The notes: a model not told the origin generated them from the letters alone. Positions 53,856-64,000 are shown, numbered from the stretch's first letter. The stretch is 64,000 bases of DNA from Bdellovibrionales bacterium (GCA_043764155.1 JAYUKW010000001.1:118027-182026); one strand, 5' to 3'. Made by a program: numbers and translations.

Positions 53856-55499
53856 TTATCTACACATACGGCGATATTCACTTCTACCAACATCATTATT
53901 GGACCAACGAAGCTCGCGTTTTAATTTTCTGCAACCACATAAGTTTACATACTGTTCGTAAGATATTAAAGTTGAAGTTAAATCTTTATAATATTTAGCG
54001 CCGTCGCCTAAACTCATAGAACACATATATTCTTGATCAAAACTTCCTTGTGTTGCTAAGGGTGTTGTTGAAGCACTAGCTTCGTGGGCTGTAATCATTG
54101 GCACTTCAGTTGTAAAGCCATTCATGAAATCTAACACTGGTCCGACTGGGCGATTATCAAATGCAGTTCTAGTTAAGCAGTCTGTTCCCAAAACACTGGC
54201 CCATGGACCCTGGTATCTGATCGTGTTGTACTTCCCGTTTTTTCGACACCACTCAAAGCGTTCCACTTCTGAAAAGCTAGTTGAATGTTGAACACCAATA
54301 ATTGAAGGATCAACAGCCGCTTTATTTTCTTCACTCAAATAATTTTGATCAGCATAAATGATTCGTTTAAATCCATCATTTAATTTTGGATAGGGATGAT
54401 CTAAAACTGAAAATTCATAAAGGTCGCTATACAAATAAAACGAATTTACAACTTTAACCGGGATCGAAGTTTGTAAACTTTTAAAGACAATGACAGCTAA
54501 TTGATACAAATCTTTGTCCCTGACGCGAATGCAGCCGTGGGATACAAAGCCACGCTTAAGTGCGTCGTTATCAATTTGGTAGTGAAATCCGATCTCTTTA
54601 TATTTAGTTCCGTTATTGTCTAAAACACCTATAAAGGGACGGCCGCGGTAATAATCGGGGTGGTTTCTTTCTTCTTTAATTTGGACATGAGTGGGATCAC
54701 CTGAATCATCAGGCGGCGGGTTTCGAGTAATCACAGCATTATTTTTTAATTCTTCTGTCATTGAACCAACAAAATTATCCATACCGCCTAAAGTTCGAAT
54801 ATCAAAAGATCCAACGCCAACCGGAATAACTTTTGTGATTTGATTTATTTTGTCAGTTAAAATTAACTTTCTGTCTGAAATATCAGTGAACACTTCAAAG
54901 TGGGTGTCTGTAAGTGGTATGTCTTTAATAACTTTAATAACTTTAACACGCTCTAAATTTCCAATTGGAATTTTTGCAGCATCAGTTTGTACTACTAATT
55001 TTCTAAAATAATATTGGCCTTCGGGGCTAGTAGATCTAAGTCGGTCATGAATAAACAAAATAATTTTAGCTTCGTAAACACCTTCTGAGATAAGACGAAT
55101 AGAATTCGGTCCGTCAAATTCAACTGAATAAATAACATCATTTCGCGACCAGCCTTTTTGATCTGTCTGATAAAAAACTTCATTTTCTGAATAGCCATCC
55201 GGACCTAGAGCTCCTTCACGGGTCAGCTCTATATTAGGGTTAGTTGATAGTCTTAAGTTCACATCACAATAATTTAAGTCTGGTTTAGACGTGCTTGGAT
55301 CTATTGGTGCAATAAAATAACAAGGTCTATTTTCAATGGCCACTTGTAGTGTACCTGTAGGCAAATCATTAAAAGTACCAAACTTTATGTGATCCCTCAG
55401 ATCGATATTGTAGTATGGCCCCGCGTACTCTGCAAAAGCAGGTTGGAACAGTGTCAAAAGACTTAACAATGGCATTAATTTTAGACAAATTAGACGCAT
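53856..55499 (-). CDS. secreted L,D-transpeptidase (YkuD) domain protein
   Basis: 547 aa; signal peptide; FVSHGCIRVRDKD catalytic motif. Confidence 0.75.
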   Translation of the reverse strand: MRLICLKLMPLLSLLTLFQPAFAEYAGPYYNIDLRDHIKFGTFNDLPTGTLQVAIENRPCYFIAPIDPSTSKPDLNYCDVNLRLSTNPNIELTREGALGPDGYSENEVFYQTDQKGWSRNDVIYSVEFDGPNSIRLISEGVYEAKIILFIHDRLRSTSPEGQYYFRKLVVQTDAAKIPIGNLERVKVIKVIKDIPLTDTHFEVFTDISDRKLILTDKINQITKVIPVGVGSFDIRTLGGMDNFVGSMTEELKNNAVITRNPPPDDSGDPTHVQIKEERNHPDYYRGRPFIGVLDNNGTKYKEIGFHYQIDNDALKRGFVSHGCIRVRDKDLYQLAVIVFKSLQTSIPVKVVNSFYLYSDLYEFSVLDHPYPKLNDGFKRIIYADQNYLSEENKAAVDPSIIGVQHSTSFSEVERFEWCRKNGKYNTIRYQGPWASVLGTDCLTRTAFDNRPVGPVLDFMNGFTTEVPMITAHEASASTTPLATQGSFDQEYMCSMSLGDGAKYYKDLTSTLISYEQYVNLCGCRKLKRELRWSNNDVGRSEYRRMCR

Positions 55500-55569
55500 A
55501 TAAAGGGACCCCTTCTAAGTTATAATTAAAGAGATCACTTTTCGTGCCAGATTCATTTATAGTGAGTGA

Positions 55570-56931
55570 ATGAAATTAGATCTAAAAAAATGTAAAGAGA
55601 TACTAAAATTAGCGTGGCCGCTTATTATTGCCAACAGCTTTTGGAATCTACAACTCACCATTGACCGGATTTATTTAGGTTCTTATTCAACAGAGTCCTT
55701 AGCGGCTTCAGTTGCAGTCATGAGTATCTTTTGGACCCCAATGGCGTTACTTCAACAGACTGGAAGTTACGTCACGACTTTTATATCCCAATACTTGGGT
55801 TCAAAAAATGAAGATATGGTTGGGCCCTCTTTATGGCACTCAGTCTATGTTAGTTTTATTGGTGGAATTTTATTTATAAGTTTTATATTTATTTCAGATT
55901 CATTTTTTGACTTAATAGGTCACTCTGATTCTGTAAAAAAGCTAGAGATCGAATATTTTAATGTGATTTGTTTTTCAGCCTTACCGATGGCTTTAGTTGC
56001 CAGCTTTAGCGGGTACTTCATAGGAATCTCAAAAACACGTGCTGTGATGTATATCAATGGAGCTGGTTTGGTTGCTCATGGATGTTTAGGCTACGTACTT
56101 ATTTTTGGTAATTTTGGATTTAAATCTTATGGCATGCGCGGAGCAGGCTATGCGACAGTCATTGCAAGCTTTGTGTCAGTGTTTTTGGCTTTGGGACTTA
56201 TCTATTACTCAAATGAAAAAGTAAGATTTAAAATTTTTAACTCTTTCAAGATAAATAAAGATCTTATTTCCAGGTATTTAAAATTTGGTATTCCCAGTGG
56301 ACTGCAATGGTCGCTTGAAGGTTTAGCATTCACTGTGTTTTTGATTATGATAGGTCGATTTGTAAATGGTGAGGCCGCTTTGGCGGCCAGTAGCATCGCG
56401 ATAACTGTAATGATGATTTCAGTATTACCATCCATGGGCGTGGCTCAGGCTGTTATGGTGAAAGTCGGTCAGTATCAGGGTCAGGGAAAACCAGAGCTTT
56501 CAAGACAATACACTTGGGCCGGAGTTCAAGTAGCTGCAATTTATATGGGAACAGCGGGTTTAAGTTTTTTCTTGTTTCCAGAATTTTATATGAATTGGTT
56601 TAAAAATGAAGACAATGCCCAGCTTTGGTCGCAAGTCGCTTTAATCACCCCAACTATTTTAGCTTTCGTAGGGGTGTTTACTGTTTTTGACAGCATGTAT
56701 TTAAACCTATCTTTTGCATTAAAAGGCGCAGGCGACACTAAGTTTGTGTCTTTAGTAGCACTTATTATTCCATGGCCCTTTATGGTTCTGCCAACATTAT
56801 TCTTAGCCAATAATCCTCAGGCCGTCATTTATGCCTGGGGATGTGCCACAGTTTACATTCTTATCACAGCCCTAATTATTTTATTAAGATTTAGAGGTGG
56901 GCGTTGGATGAAGATGAATGTGATTTCTTAA
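55570..56931 (+). CDS. MATE-family efflux transporter
   Basis: 453 aa; 12 TM; N-terminal ILKLAWPLIIAN typical of MATE. Confidence 0.8.
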   Translation: MKLDLKKCKEILKLAWPLIIANSFWNLQLTIDRIYLGSYSTESLAASVAVMSIFWTPMALLQQTGSYVTTFISQYLGSKNEDMVGPSLWHSVYVSFIGGILFISFIFISDSFFDLIGHSDSVKKLEIEYFNVICFSALPMALVASFSGYFIGISKTRAVMYINGAGLVAHGCLGYVLIFGNFGFKSYGMRGAGYATVIASFVSVFLALGLIYYSNEKVRFKIFNSFKINKDLISRYLKFGIPSGLQWSLEGLAFTVFLIMIGRFVNGEAALAASSIAITVMMISVLPSMGVAQAVMVKVGQYQGQGKPELSRQYTWAGVQVAAIYMGTAGLSFFLFPEFYMNWFKNEDNAQLWSQVALITPTILAFVGVFTVFDSMYLNLSFALKGAGDTKFVSLVALIIPWPFMVLPTLFLANNPQAVIYAWGCATVYILITALIILLRFRGGRWMKMNVIS

Positions 56932-56932
56932 T

Positions 56933-58960
56933 TTAATTCGTGTTATTTAATTCTATAACTTCAAAATCAGTCACAGGATGATCAATAAGTCCTTTCGGTG
57001 TTTGAAGATAAGTATGACCACCTAAAATCCCTAGACTTTGATTCATGAATTCAACAACTTGGGGAAAGCCTTTGTTTTTAGATAAGTAAACCCCTGTGTG
57101 GGACCATTTGTTTTTATTAATATCAAAACTATACACATCGTCGACATAATCTAAATCATTATTAGCTTCATCTTTTAAGATCATCCCACCTATTAAATAT
57201 ATTTTATTGTTTATAATACCAGCGCCTGGAGCAAACGTCGCAAATGGAAGTCTTGCTTTTTCTGACCATGATAAATTTTTAGTATTTAAAACGGTGACAT
57301 TATCAATCCAGTCAAAATGACTTACTCCTTGACCAATTCCACCCATCAAATAGATTTCATTATTTACACTTACAGCTGTGAACGCACGCCTCAAGGGGGC
57401 GGGTAGTGTTGTGGGTAATATCGAGACAGTTTCGGATTTTAAATCAAAAACTTCTATAGAGCTGTGAAAGCGACCGTTTTTGTCGCTTTCAAATTGAGGA
57501 GTGCTATCCCAGCCCCCGATTAAATACACTTTGTCATTCACAACAGCCAAGGCATTCGAAGATCTTGGACTTAAAAGCTTAACGGGTAAGATCTGCCACT
57601 GATTTGTTTTAATGTCATATCGTTCGATGGTGTTTACGGATTTCCACTTAGGTTTATGTACAGCACTAAAAGTAAAACCACCGAAGACATATATAAAATT
57701 ATTATAGGCGGCGATTTGGAAGCCATGTTTGGCCTCATTCATTGGCTTAAGCGTGACCCAAGTTTTTGATTTAATAGTGTAGGCCTGCAACAAATTTAAG
57801 AAAGACTCTTTAGGATAGGTGTGTTCAGGTCCCTGGTGACCACCAGCTATGTAGATTGTGTCATTGTATGTAACAGCTCCAAATGATGATCTTTCGGGCT
57901 TAGGTAAACTTGAAAGCACAGTTTTATTTAAATCTTCAGAATTAGAAAAAGAAACAACGTATTCGCTAGAAGCGGCATCATTTAAAAATGCAGTGGGTGC
58001 GCTTGCATTTGGTATAAAGTTTTTAAAATCTAGATCACGAATTGAATAAATATCGATCAGTGGGTTTGATGATGTGATTTCATTCGAATTTCCATTAAGG
58101 TTATCCGTAAATCTTGTAAAATAAATTTCATTATTAGATTTAAAAGTCGGGGTGAATTCCATTTCTACGTCATTGGTGACTTGAATTTTTTTTAGCGTCC
58201 ATAGATCAACAACAAAGATATCCCACTGGCCCCCATCTTGACTGACGAAAGCAACAAAGTGATCGTCTGGAGACAAGGATGGGAACATAGCGTGCTCGTC
58301 TTTAAGAGTCAGCTCCAATTCAGTCTGTGTGCTTCTATTGTAAGATATTAATTGCTTAGGCGCTTTTTTATCACTTTTATTTTCAGTGCGATGATAAATA
58401 ATTGTACTGCCGTCGGAAGAAACAGCGGGGGCATAACAGTCAAAAGGACTTTCTATGATTTCATATTTCGGGTTAAAAATATGGGTGGTTTGGTTTTTAA
58501 CAGTCTGAATAGAGGCAGGACCTAATGCTCTTTCCTTTTCTAAATCGACAACATAAATATTTTGTTTTAAATTTTTTGGATTCGGACCGCTAAAAACTAA
58601 ATACTTTTCATTCCCTGAAAACTCCACATGGATAAATTGATTTGCCTTTGGCGTCCAAACTTCTGTGATATTGTTTTTTAAGTCTTGGATCACTACTTCT
58701 AATTGAGTTTGACCACCAGGTTGAATTTTTCCTCTAGAATAAGCTAAAAATTGGCCTGAGGGACTTAAATCCGGGTGGTAGGTGTCTTCAGCTGGATTAG
58801 AAATCACAGTTTGATTTGTGCCGTCATTGTCTGCAAGAACAATAAGTCTTTGGGTGCCTATTTCTTTTTGAAAAGCTATTTTTGAAGACAGTTTTGCGGA
58901 CGAGGTGCAAGCCACTAAATTAATAGTGAAAGAAAAAATAATAAAAAAACAAAATTTCAT
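56933..58960 (-). CDS. lipoprotein with N-terminal TolB-like (PD40) beta-propeller and C-terminal Kelch-repeat propeller
   Basis: 675 aa; LVAC lipobox. PD40-like repeats: YHPDLSPSGQFLAYS, PAVSSDGSTIIY, FPSLSPDDHFVAFVS. Kelch-like repeats: IYIAGG, IYVFGG, VYLIGG, IYLMGG, IYLIGG. Confidence 0.7.
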   Translation of the reverse strand: MKFCFFIIFSFTINLVACTSSAKLSSKIAFQKEIGTQRLIVLADNDGTNQTVISNPAEDTYHPDLSPSGQFLAYSRGKIQPGGQTQLEVVIQDLKNNITEVWTPKANQFIHVEFSGNEKYLVFSGPNPKNLKQNIYVVDLEKERALGPASIQTVKNQTTHIFNPKYEIIESPFDCYAPAVSSDGSTIIYHRTENKSDKKAPKQLISYNRSTQTELELTLKDEHAMFPSLSPDDHFVAFVSQDGGQWDIFVVDLWTLKKIQVTNDVEMEFTPTFKSNNEIYFTRFTDNLNGNSNEITSSNPLIDIYSIRDLDFKNFIPNASAPTAFLNDAASSEYVVSFSNSEDLNKTVLSSLPKPERSSFGAVTYNDTIYIAGGHQGPEHTYPKESFLNLLQAYTIKSKTWVTLKPMNEAKHGFQIAAYNNFIYVFGGFTFSAVHKPKWKSVNTIERYDIKTNQWQILPVKLLSPRSSNALAVVNDKVYLIGGWDSTPQFESDKNGRFHSSIEVFDLKSETVSILPTTLPAPLRRAFTAVSVNNEIYLMGGIGQGVSHFDWIDNVTVLNTKNLSWSEKARLPFATFAPGAGIINNKIYLIGGMILKDEANNDLDYVDDVYSFDINKNKWSHTGVYLSKNKGFPQVVEFMNQSLGILGGHTYLQTPKGLIDHPVTDFEVIELNNTN

Positions 58961-59112
58961 AAAAATCCTCAGTTAAGTAAAATTAAAAAATTATTATTAA
59001 ACCGGTTAAAAAACGGATTTAATTTAGTCCTGAAATATAGACATAATGTTTAAATGATTTTGTACTAAAGTGAACGTTGCAGAAGGGCAATTGATCATTC
59101 AAAGAGTTTTGT

Positions 59113-60819
59113 ATGGTCTATATAAAAAAACTACTGCACAACGTTAATTGTAGGTTTAATAAAACTATTGTCTATACTCAGATTTTGATGAGTTCTGAAT
59201 ATGATAAGCCCTTCGGTGTTGTTTTAAAAAAATCCCTTTTTGGTATGAAAGAGTACACGTGGTCTCTGGTCATTTACACTGTTGCCATAGGGATTTTAAG
59301 TCTTGCAACACCAATCACTGTGCAGTCTCTAGTTAATACCTTTGCTTTGAGCACAGACGTAAAGCCTTTAGCAAATCTAAGTTTGATGTTACTTGTTCTG
59401 CTTATTTTTTATGGCTTTATTAAATCATTTCAATATATCACTGTAGAACTAATGCAACAGAAGCTGGTTGCACAGCTTTCAGTCGTTATTTCTAAAAAAG
59501 TCATCTTTGGTCCTAGGGCGGAATTCCAAAAGCATAACATCAGAGAAAAAGTAAATCGTTTCTTCGAAATCATCACAATTCAAAAATTAGTCGCGATGTT
59601 AGTAACAGACGGGCTTTCGATTTTAATTCAAACCTTTATTGGCTTAATTCTATTATCTTTGTATCACCCCTTTTTTATTCCGTTTAATATTTTGATTGCA
59701 GTCGTGATTGTTTTTGTATTTAGAACTTATAATTCAAAAGCAAAGATATCATCCATCAAAGAATCAACCGCAAAATTTGCTGTAGCTGGCTTTTTACAAG
59801 ATATTGCGGCGACTGAGTCCAGACTTCAAAATGAGGACATCTCTTTAAAACTAGCAAAGCATTCTGATAGTTTAATTCAAAATTATATTATAGAACGAAA
59901 AGAACATTTTAAAGTGCTCTTCTCTCAGAGTGTTATTTACTTAGCTCTCTACGCCGTTTTAAATGCGGCACTTTTGGGTTTGGGTGGATATCTAATCACT
60001 TTAGGTCAGCTTTCAGTGGGTCAGTTGGTCGCTGCAGAAATTATTATTAATGGAATATCAATACAACTTGTTTATGCGATGAAACACCTGCAGTTAGTTT
60101 ATGATCTTTACTCTAGTTGTGATAAGTTGAATTGGCTTATTGAAATTAAAGAAATTGCATTGTCTTGCGAAAATCAAAATATTAAAACTCTAAAAAATAC
60201 GAATGACATCGCTTTTGAGTTTAAAAATTTAAATATTGGGCTTGAAACTAAAATTCCAGTGAACTTAATGATTTCTCCTTCGTCATATCTAGAATTCAGA
60301 TATCATGACTCTAGACTAAAAGAGCAATTGATTGGCTTACTTCTTAAAAATGAAGAGCTTCGGGGTGGGGACATAAGCGTTGGCGGAATTAGCTACAAGG
60401 ATCTTTCAAGCCTTGAAGTTAGAAATCTTGTTCATAACATCGACGAGCCTATCGTATTTGAAGGCACTGTCAGAGAAAATCTATTGGACTTTGATCAGAC
60501 ATTAGATGTGTCATTTATTTACGAAGTTTTAAGAAAGTTTGATTTGGACGAGCGAATCTTAGCTTTTCCCAATCAATTAGATCAAAAGCTACATGCAGCG
60601 ACTGGGCTTTTAAGTTATAGTCAGAAATACAGATTAAGTTTAGCTCGAATCTATATTCATGAGCCAAGTTTACTAACTTTACAGACCACAAAAGAAATTT
60701 TTTATACTCCAGTCTTTAAGAAGTATATTATGGAATTTAAACAAAAAGGCTGTTCAGTTATAAGTTTCATCAATGATGAATCAATTTCAGAACTTTATGA
60801 TTTTAGAGAGTTAAATTAA
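59113..60819 (+). CDS. ABC-exporter-like protein (type I exporter TMD) with degenerate nucleotide-binding domain
   Basis: 568 aa; six-TM ABC_membrane-like domain. The C-terminal domain aligns by eye to an ABC NBD (FEGTVRENL, LSYSQKYRLSLARIY), but has no GxxGxGK[ST], LSYSQ in place of LSGGQ, and LLTLQT in place of the Walker B hhhhDE. An alternative start is at 59188. Confidence 0.65.
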   Translation: MVYIKKLLHNVNCRFNKTIVYTQILMSSEYDKPFGVVLKKSLFGMKEYTWSLVIYTVAIGILSLATPITVQSLVNTFALSTDVKPLANLSLMLLVLLIFYGFIKSFQYITVELMQQKLVAQLSVVISKKVIFGPRAEFQKHNIREKVNRFFEIITIQKLVAMLVTDGLSILIQTFIGLILLSLYHPFFIPFNILIAVVIVFVFRTYNSKAKISSIKESTAKFAVAGFLQDIAATESRLQNEDISLKLAKHSDSLIQNYIIERKEHFKVLFSQSVIYLALYAVLNAALLGLGGYLITLGQLSVGQLVAAEIIINGISIQLVYAMKHLQLVYDLYSSCDKLNWLIEIKEIALSCENQNIKTLKNTNDIAFEFKNLNIGLETKIPVNLMISPSSYLEFRYHDSRLKEQLIGLLLKNEELRGGDISVGGISYKDLSSLEVRNLVHNIDEPIVFEGTVRENLLDFDQTLDVSFIYEVLRKFDLDERILAFPNQLDQKLHAATGLLSYSQKYRLSLARIYIHEPSLLTLQTTKEIFYTPVFKKYIMEFKQKGCSVISFINDESISELYDFRELN

Positions 60820-61917
60820 ATGTCAAAAAAGCTTGAATCTTACAAAGACTATAAGAATTTTAAATCTGTAAAAATGGTGATAATTCCTCGTCCTGTGGAA
60901 GTATTATCAAAGCTTCTATTTGTATCCATGATTTTTCTTCTAATCTGTTTAGTTATCGTTCCTTGGAGACAGACGTCTAAAGGAACAGGACGAGTTATCG
61001 CTTTTGATCCAAACGAAAGAATTCAAATGATAACGGCCCCAGTATCGGGTGTTTTAGAAGAGTGGCTTATTAACGAAGGTCAAACAGTCAAAAAGGGCGA
61101 GCCCTTAGTTAGAATTGTAGATAACGATCCAAATTATTTAGAACGTTTAAAACTTGAAAGAGATGCTTCAATTAAAAAATATGAAGCGTCTAGATCTGCA
61201 AGTGAAGCCTCAATGTCTAATTACCAACGACAATTGTCTTTAGAAAAAGAAGGTTTAAGTTCAAGAAAAGATGTTGAAGCGGCAAAAATTACCTATCAAA
61301 AATTAATAGCAGAAGAAGCTGAGGCCGCGTCAGTCTTAGCTCAAAAAGAAGTTAAATTTTCAAGATGGCAGACTCAGCTTGTGACCGCACCGGCCGATGG
61401 AACTTTACTTCGAATTATGACCAGCTCGGGTGTGGTTAATATTAGTCAAGGTCAAGATCTAGCTTACTTTGTGCCGGATAGTAACGAACCAGCGGCAGAA
61501 GTTTATGTTGATGCTAACGATTTGCCATTAGTGTCTATGGGCCGCAAAGTCAGGCTGCAGTTCGAAGGCTGGCCGTCGATTCAGTTTAGTGGATTTCCAT
61601 CTGTGGCGATTGGTAGTTTTGGGGGGATAGTTAAGGCCATTGACCCTTCGGTTTCAGATAATGGTTTATTTCGAGTTTTAGTAGTTAAAGATCCTGAATC
61701 TTCTGAGCACTGGCCAAGCCAAATTTATTTAAGACAGGGGACAAGGGTTATTGGTCTAATTCTCCTTGACACAGTGTCCTTGGGTTATGAATTATGGCGC
61801 CAAGTGAATGGGTTTCCTAAATCAATGGATACATCTAAGCAAGATAGTTTTTATTTTAATTTAAAGGGTTCAAGAGTAAAAGATGAAAAACCAGAATCAG
61901 AAACTAAAGAGCAATAA
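60820..61917 (+). CDS. HlyD-family membrane-fusion (periplasmic adaptor) protein
   Basis: 365 aa; N-terminal TM; lipoyl-like GQTVKKGEPLVRI; coiled-coil segment; starts 1 nt after the ABC gene stop. Confidence 0.8.
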   Translation: MSKKLESYKDYKNFKSVKMVIIPRPVEVLSKLLFVSMIFLLICLVIVPWRQTSKGTGRVIAFDPNERIQMITAPVSGVLEEWLINEGQTVKKGEPLVRIVDNDPNYLERLKLERDASIKKYEASRSASEASMSNYQRQLSLEKEGLSSRKDVEAAKITYQKLIAEEAEAASVLAQKEVKFSRWQTQLVTAPADGTLLRIMTSSGVVNISQGQDLAYFVPDSNEPAAEVYVDANDLPLVSMGRKVRLQFEGWPSIQFSGFPSVAIGSFGGIVKAIDPSVSDNGLFRVLVVKDPESSEHWPSQIYLRQGTRVIGLILLDTVSLGYELWRQVNGFPKSMDTSKQDSFYFNLKGSRVKDEKPESETKEQ

Positions 61918-63346
61918 ATATTTCTTTTATACTAATAATATTTTGATATTGAGTTTAATTTTTACAACTCAAGTTTTTGCTTCAAAAACTAGTTTAAATA
62001 ACGGAGCTGATACATTCAGTCTTTATCAAGTCATTGCATCAACGTTTAAACATCATCCGATGATTATGTCTCAAATGAAAGAGTTAGATCAAGCCAAACA
62101 GTATGTAAGGCAAAGTCTTGGGGCATTTGATTTGAATTTAAAATCAGATGCACAAGGCTATACAGACGGCTACTATGATGGCCAGGCTTTTAATGTTTTT
62201 TTAGAGAAACCCTTGTTTTATTTAAATTCGAAAGCCTACGCAGGGTACAGAAAGTCAGATGGGACATTTCCTGTTTATAACGATCAGCTTACAACATTAA
62301 GTGAAGGTGAAGCCTTTGCCGGCGCTATGATTTCGCTTCTCAGGGATCGTTCCATTGACGATAAAAGATTTAAAAATATTATTGCAAGGCAAAATCTCGT
62401 TCAGTCAGAACTAGAATTAAAAAATCAATATGTAGAGCTTCAAACAATGGCTGCCAATGCCTATTATAAATGGCTAAGTCATTTAGAAAAAGTCAGGGTT
62501 CAAATCGAATTGCTAAGTCTAGCTGAAAGCCGCGTACAAAATTTCTCCACTCGAATAAGAAAGGGAGATTTGGCTAAAATTTATGGACTAGAAAACGAAC
62601 AGTATATTTTGAAACGTCAAATAAATCTAAATCAAGATAAGCAAAAACTTTACCAAGCTTCTTTATATCTTTCGCTATTTTATCGGGACTCGAACGGAAG
62701 TCCAATTATTATAAAAGAATCAAATTTAACTAAAATGGGCGAATTAAAAAATAAAAAAGTTAAAGACCCAATTGAGCTTTTAAACTTAGTGAATGCTCAA
62801 GATCTGATGATTCAAAACTTACAAAGCCAAATTCAACAGACTGTAGCGGATCGTAAAATGGGTTATAATGAACTATTACCTAAGTTAGATTTAAAATATG
62901 AAATCAGTGATGACAGCGGGGCTGGAAATACAAATCTTGATCCCTTACAGCAAAGCGTATATTTAAACATGGCCCTACCTATAGAAAGAAGATTGGGTCA
63001 GGGTCGGTTGAATGCAGCCAAAGCCAAGCGTGAGGCACTAGAAATCAAAATAAAATTTAAAAAAGAAAAAAACCAAATAGAAGTGATGTCTTTACTAAAT
63101 AATTTAAAACTTTTTAAACAAAATTATGAACTCACTCAAAAACAAATTGGTCTTGCTGATAAACTTAGGGATTCAGAAATCATTAAATTCAACAAAGGGG
63201 CGAGTGATTTTATCTTAGTGAATCTTAGAGAAGAGAACTTTGCAGAAAGTAAAATTAAAAACATTAAGGCTTATTTAGATTATAATCGCAATTTTGTAGA
63301 ACTTCAGCGCTTAGCCGTCGATTTAATTATTCCAATTCCAAATTAG
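61883..63346 (+). CDS. TolC-family outer-membrane channel protein
   Basis: 487 aa; signal peptide; two-repeat coiled-coil/beta pattern typical of outer-membrane efflux proteins; overlaps the HlyD gene end. Confidence 0.7.
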   Translation: MKNQNQKLKSNKYFFYTNNILILSLIFTTQVFASKTSLNNGADTFSLYQVIASTFKHHPMIMSQMKELDQAKQYVRQSLGAFDLNLKSDAQGYTDGYYDGQAFNVFLEKPLFYLNSKAYAGYRKSDGTFPVYNDQLTTLSEGEAFAGAMISLLRDRSIDDKRFKNIIARQNLVQSELELKNQYVELQTMAANAYYKWLSHLEKVRVQIELLSLAESRVQNFSTRIRKGDLAKIYGLENEQYILKRQINLNQDKQKLYQASLYLSLFYRDSNGSPIIIKESNLTKMGELKNKKVKDPIELLNLVNAQDLMIQNLQSQIQQTVADRKMGYNELLPKLDLKYEISDDSGAGNTNLDPLQQSVYLNMALPIERRLGQGRLNAAKAKREALEIKIKFKKEKNQIEVMSLLNNLKLFKQNYELTQKQIGLADKLRDSEIIKFNKGASDFILVNLREENFAESKIKNIKAYLDYNRNFVELQRLAVDLIIPIPN

Positions 63347-63402
63347 TCAAAATAATTAAAGTTATCGCAAAGAAGTCTAAATTTAAATTAAGGGGCTTGA
63401 GT

Positions 63403-64000
63403 TGAAAGATATATTAAGTCTAAAGCATGATTTTAAATCCTCAGTCGTAGTCTTTTTAGTCGCACTTCCGCTTTGTTTGGGAATCTCTTTGGCCTCAGGA
63501 GCTCCACTTTTTTCTGGAATTCTTTCAGGTATTATTGGTGGTGTGATTGTTGGTTTTATTAGTAATTCTAAAACTAGTGTCTCGGGCCCCGCGGCAGGAT
63601 TAACTGTTATTGTATTGGGCGCGATTAATACACTTGGTGACTTTTATTTATTTACAGTAGCTGTTTTTTTAGCAGGATGTATTCAAATTTTATTGGGTGC
63701 TTTTAAAGCTGGAGAACTTGGTGGATATTTTCCCAACTCGGTGATCAAAGGAATGTTAGCTGCTATTGGGATAATTCTGATTTTAAAACAAATTCCACAC
63801 GCCTTAGGTTTTGATGTGGACTATATGGGGGACGAATCTTTTTTTCAAATAGATGGTGAAAACACATTTTCAGAAATTTTAAAGGCTTTTAAGTATTTAA
63901 ATTTAAGTGCAGTGATGATTTCTTTTTTATCACTGGCTGCTCTTTTTTTATGGGATATAATAAATAAATCTAAGAAATATTCATTTTTTAATAATGTCCC
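63403..64000 (+). CDS. SulP-family inorganic anion transporter (5' part, truncated by the window end)
   Basis: My own translation from the TTG at 63403: [71 protein letters not shown], a typical SulP N-terminus. Open to the window end; not in the supplied track. Confidence 0.7.

Noticed and set aside
1-64000. Prophage, defence island, toxin-antitoxin, retron or DGR content
   Set aside because: I saw no integrase, reverse transcriptase, capsid/terminase, restriction-modification or known defence-gene motifs in any of the translated ORFs. The window looks like core chromosome.

Overview
This is a 64-kb AT-rich, tightly packed chromosomal segment from a Gram-negative bacterium. Gene content includes a PEGA-domain Ser/Thr kinase, many secreted peptidoglycan-active enzymes, a DUF507 pair and TolC/HlyD genes. 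That mix is reminiscent of Bdellovibrionota/Oligoflexia-like organisms, but the taxon is inference only. I call 55 protein-coding genes (the last truncated by the window end) and one ncRNA, RNase P RNA. The 3' third of that RNA is hidden under an N-terminal ORF extension in the supplied track. I saw no tRNA, rRNA, CRISPR array, transposase, integrase or phage genes. Most genes are housekeeping: tsaC/sua5-type, LMW-PTP, fpg, lexA, ung, a translationally coupled shikimate operon, coaE, menB, rarA, PBP1A. There are also transporters (DabBA, Kef, POT, MATE, SulP) and secreted hydrolases. The most unusual signal is non-coding. Two roughly 440-460 bp near-perfect nested palindromes lie at 3181-3642 and 39639-40074, both between convergent genes. 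They share two conserved GC-rich cassettes placed crosswise, so folding gives two mutually complementary internal bubbles, while their long stems differ in sequence with mirrored changes. The arms run into the 3' ends and stop codons of flanking genes. A related family of GC-rich structured modules occurs at 33138-33368 and inside the apical loop of the second palindrome. Other points worth a second look: (1) a shikimate operon colinear with eukaryotic AROM, including an AroK-AroD-AroE fusion; (2) a Clp-type AAA+ module fused to an FtsH-type M41 peptidase domain; (3) a type-I-secretion-like ABC/HlyD/TolC operon whose ABC protein lacks all ATPase motifs; (4) a lexA operon with a small acidic ORF and phased direct repeats; (5) several very long perfect hairpins at gene ends.
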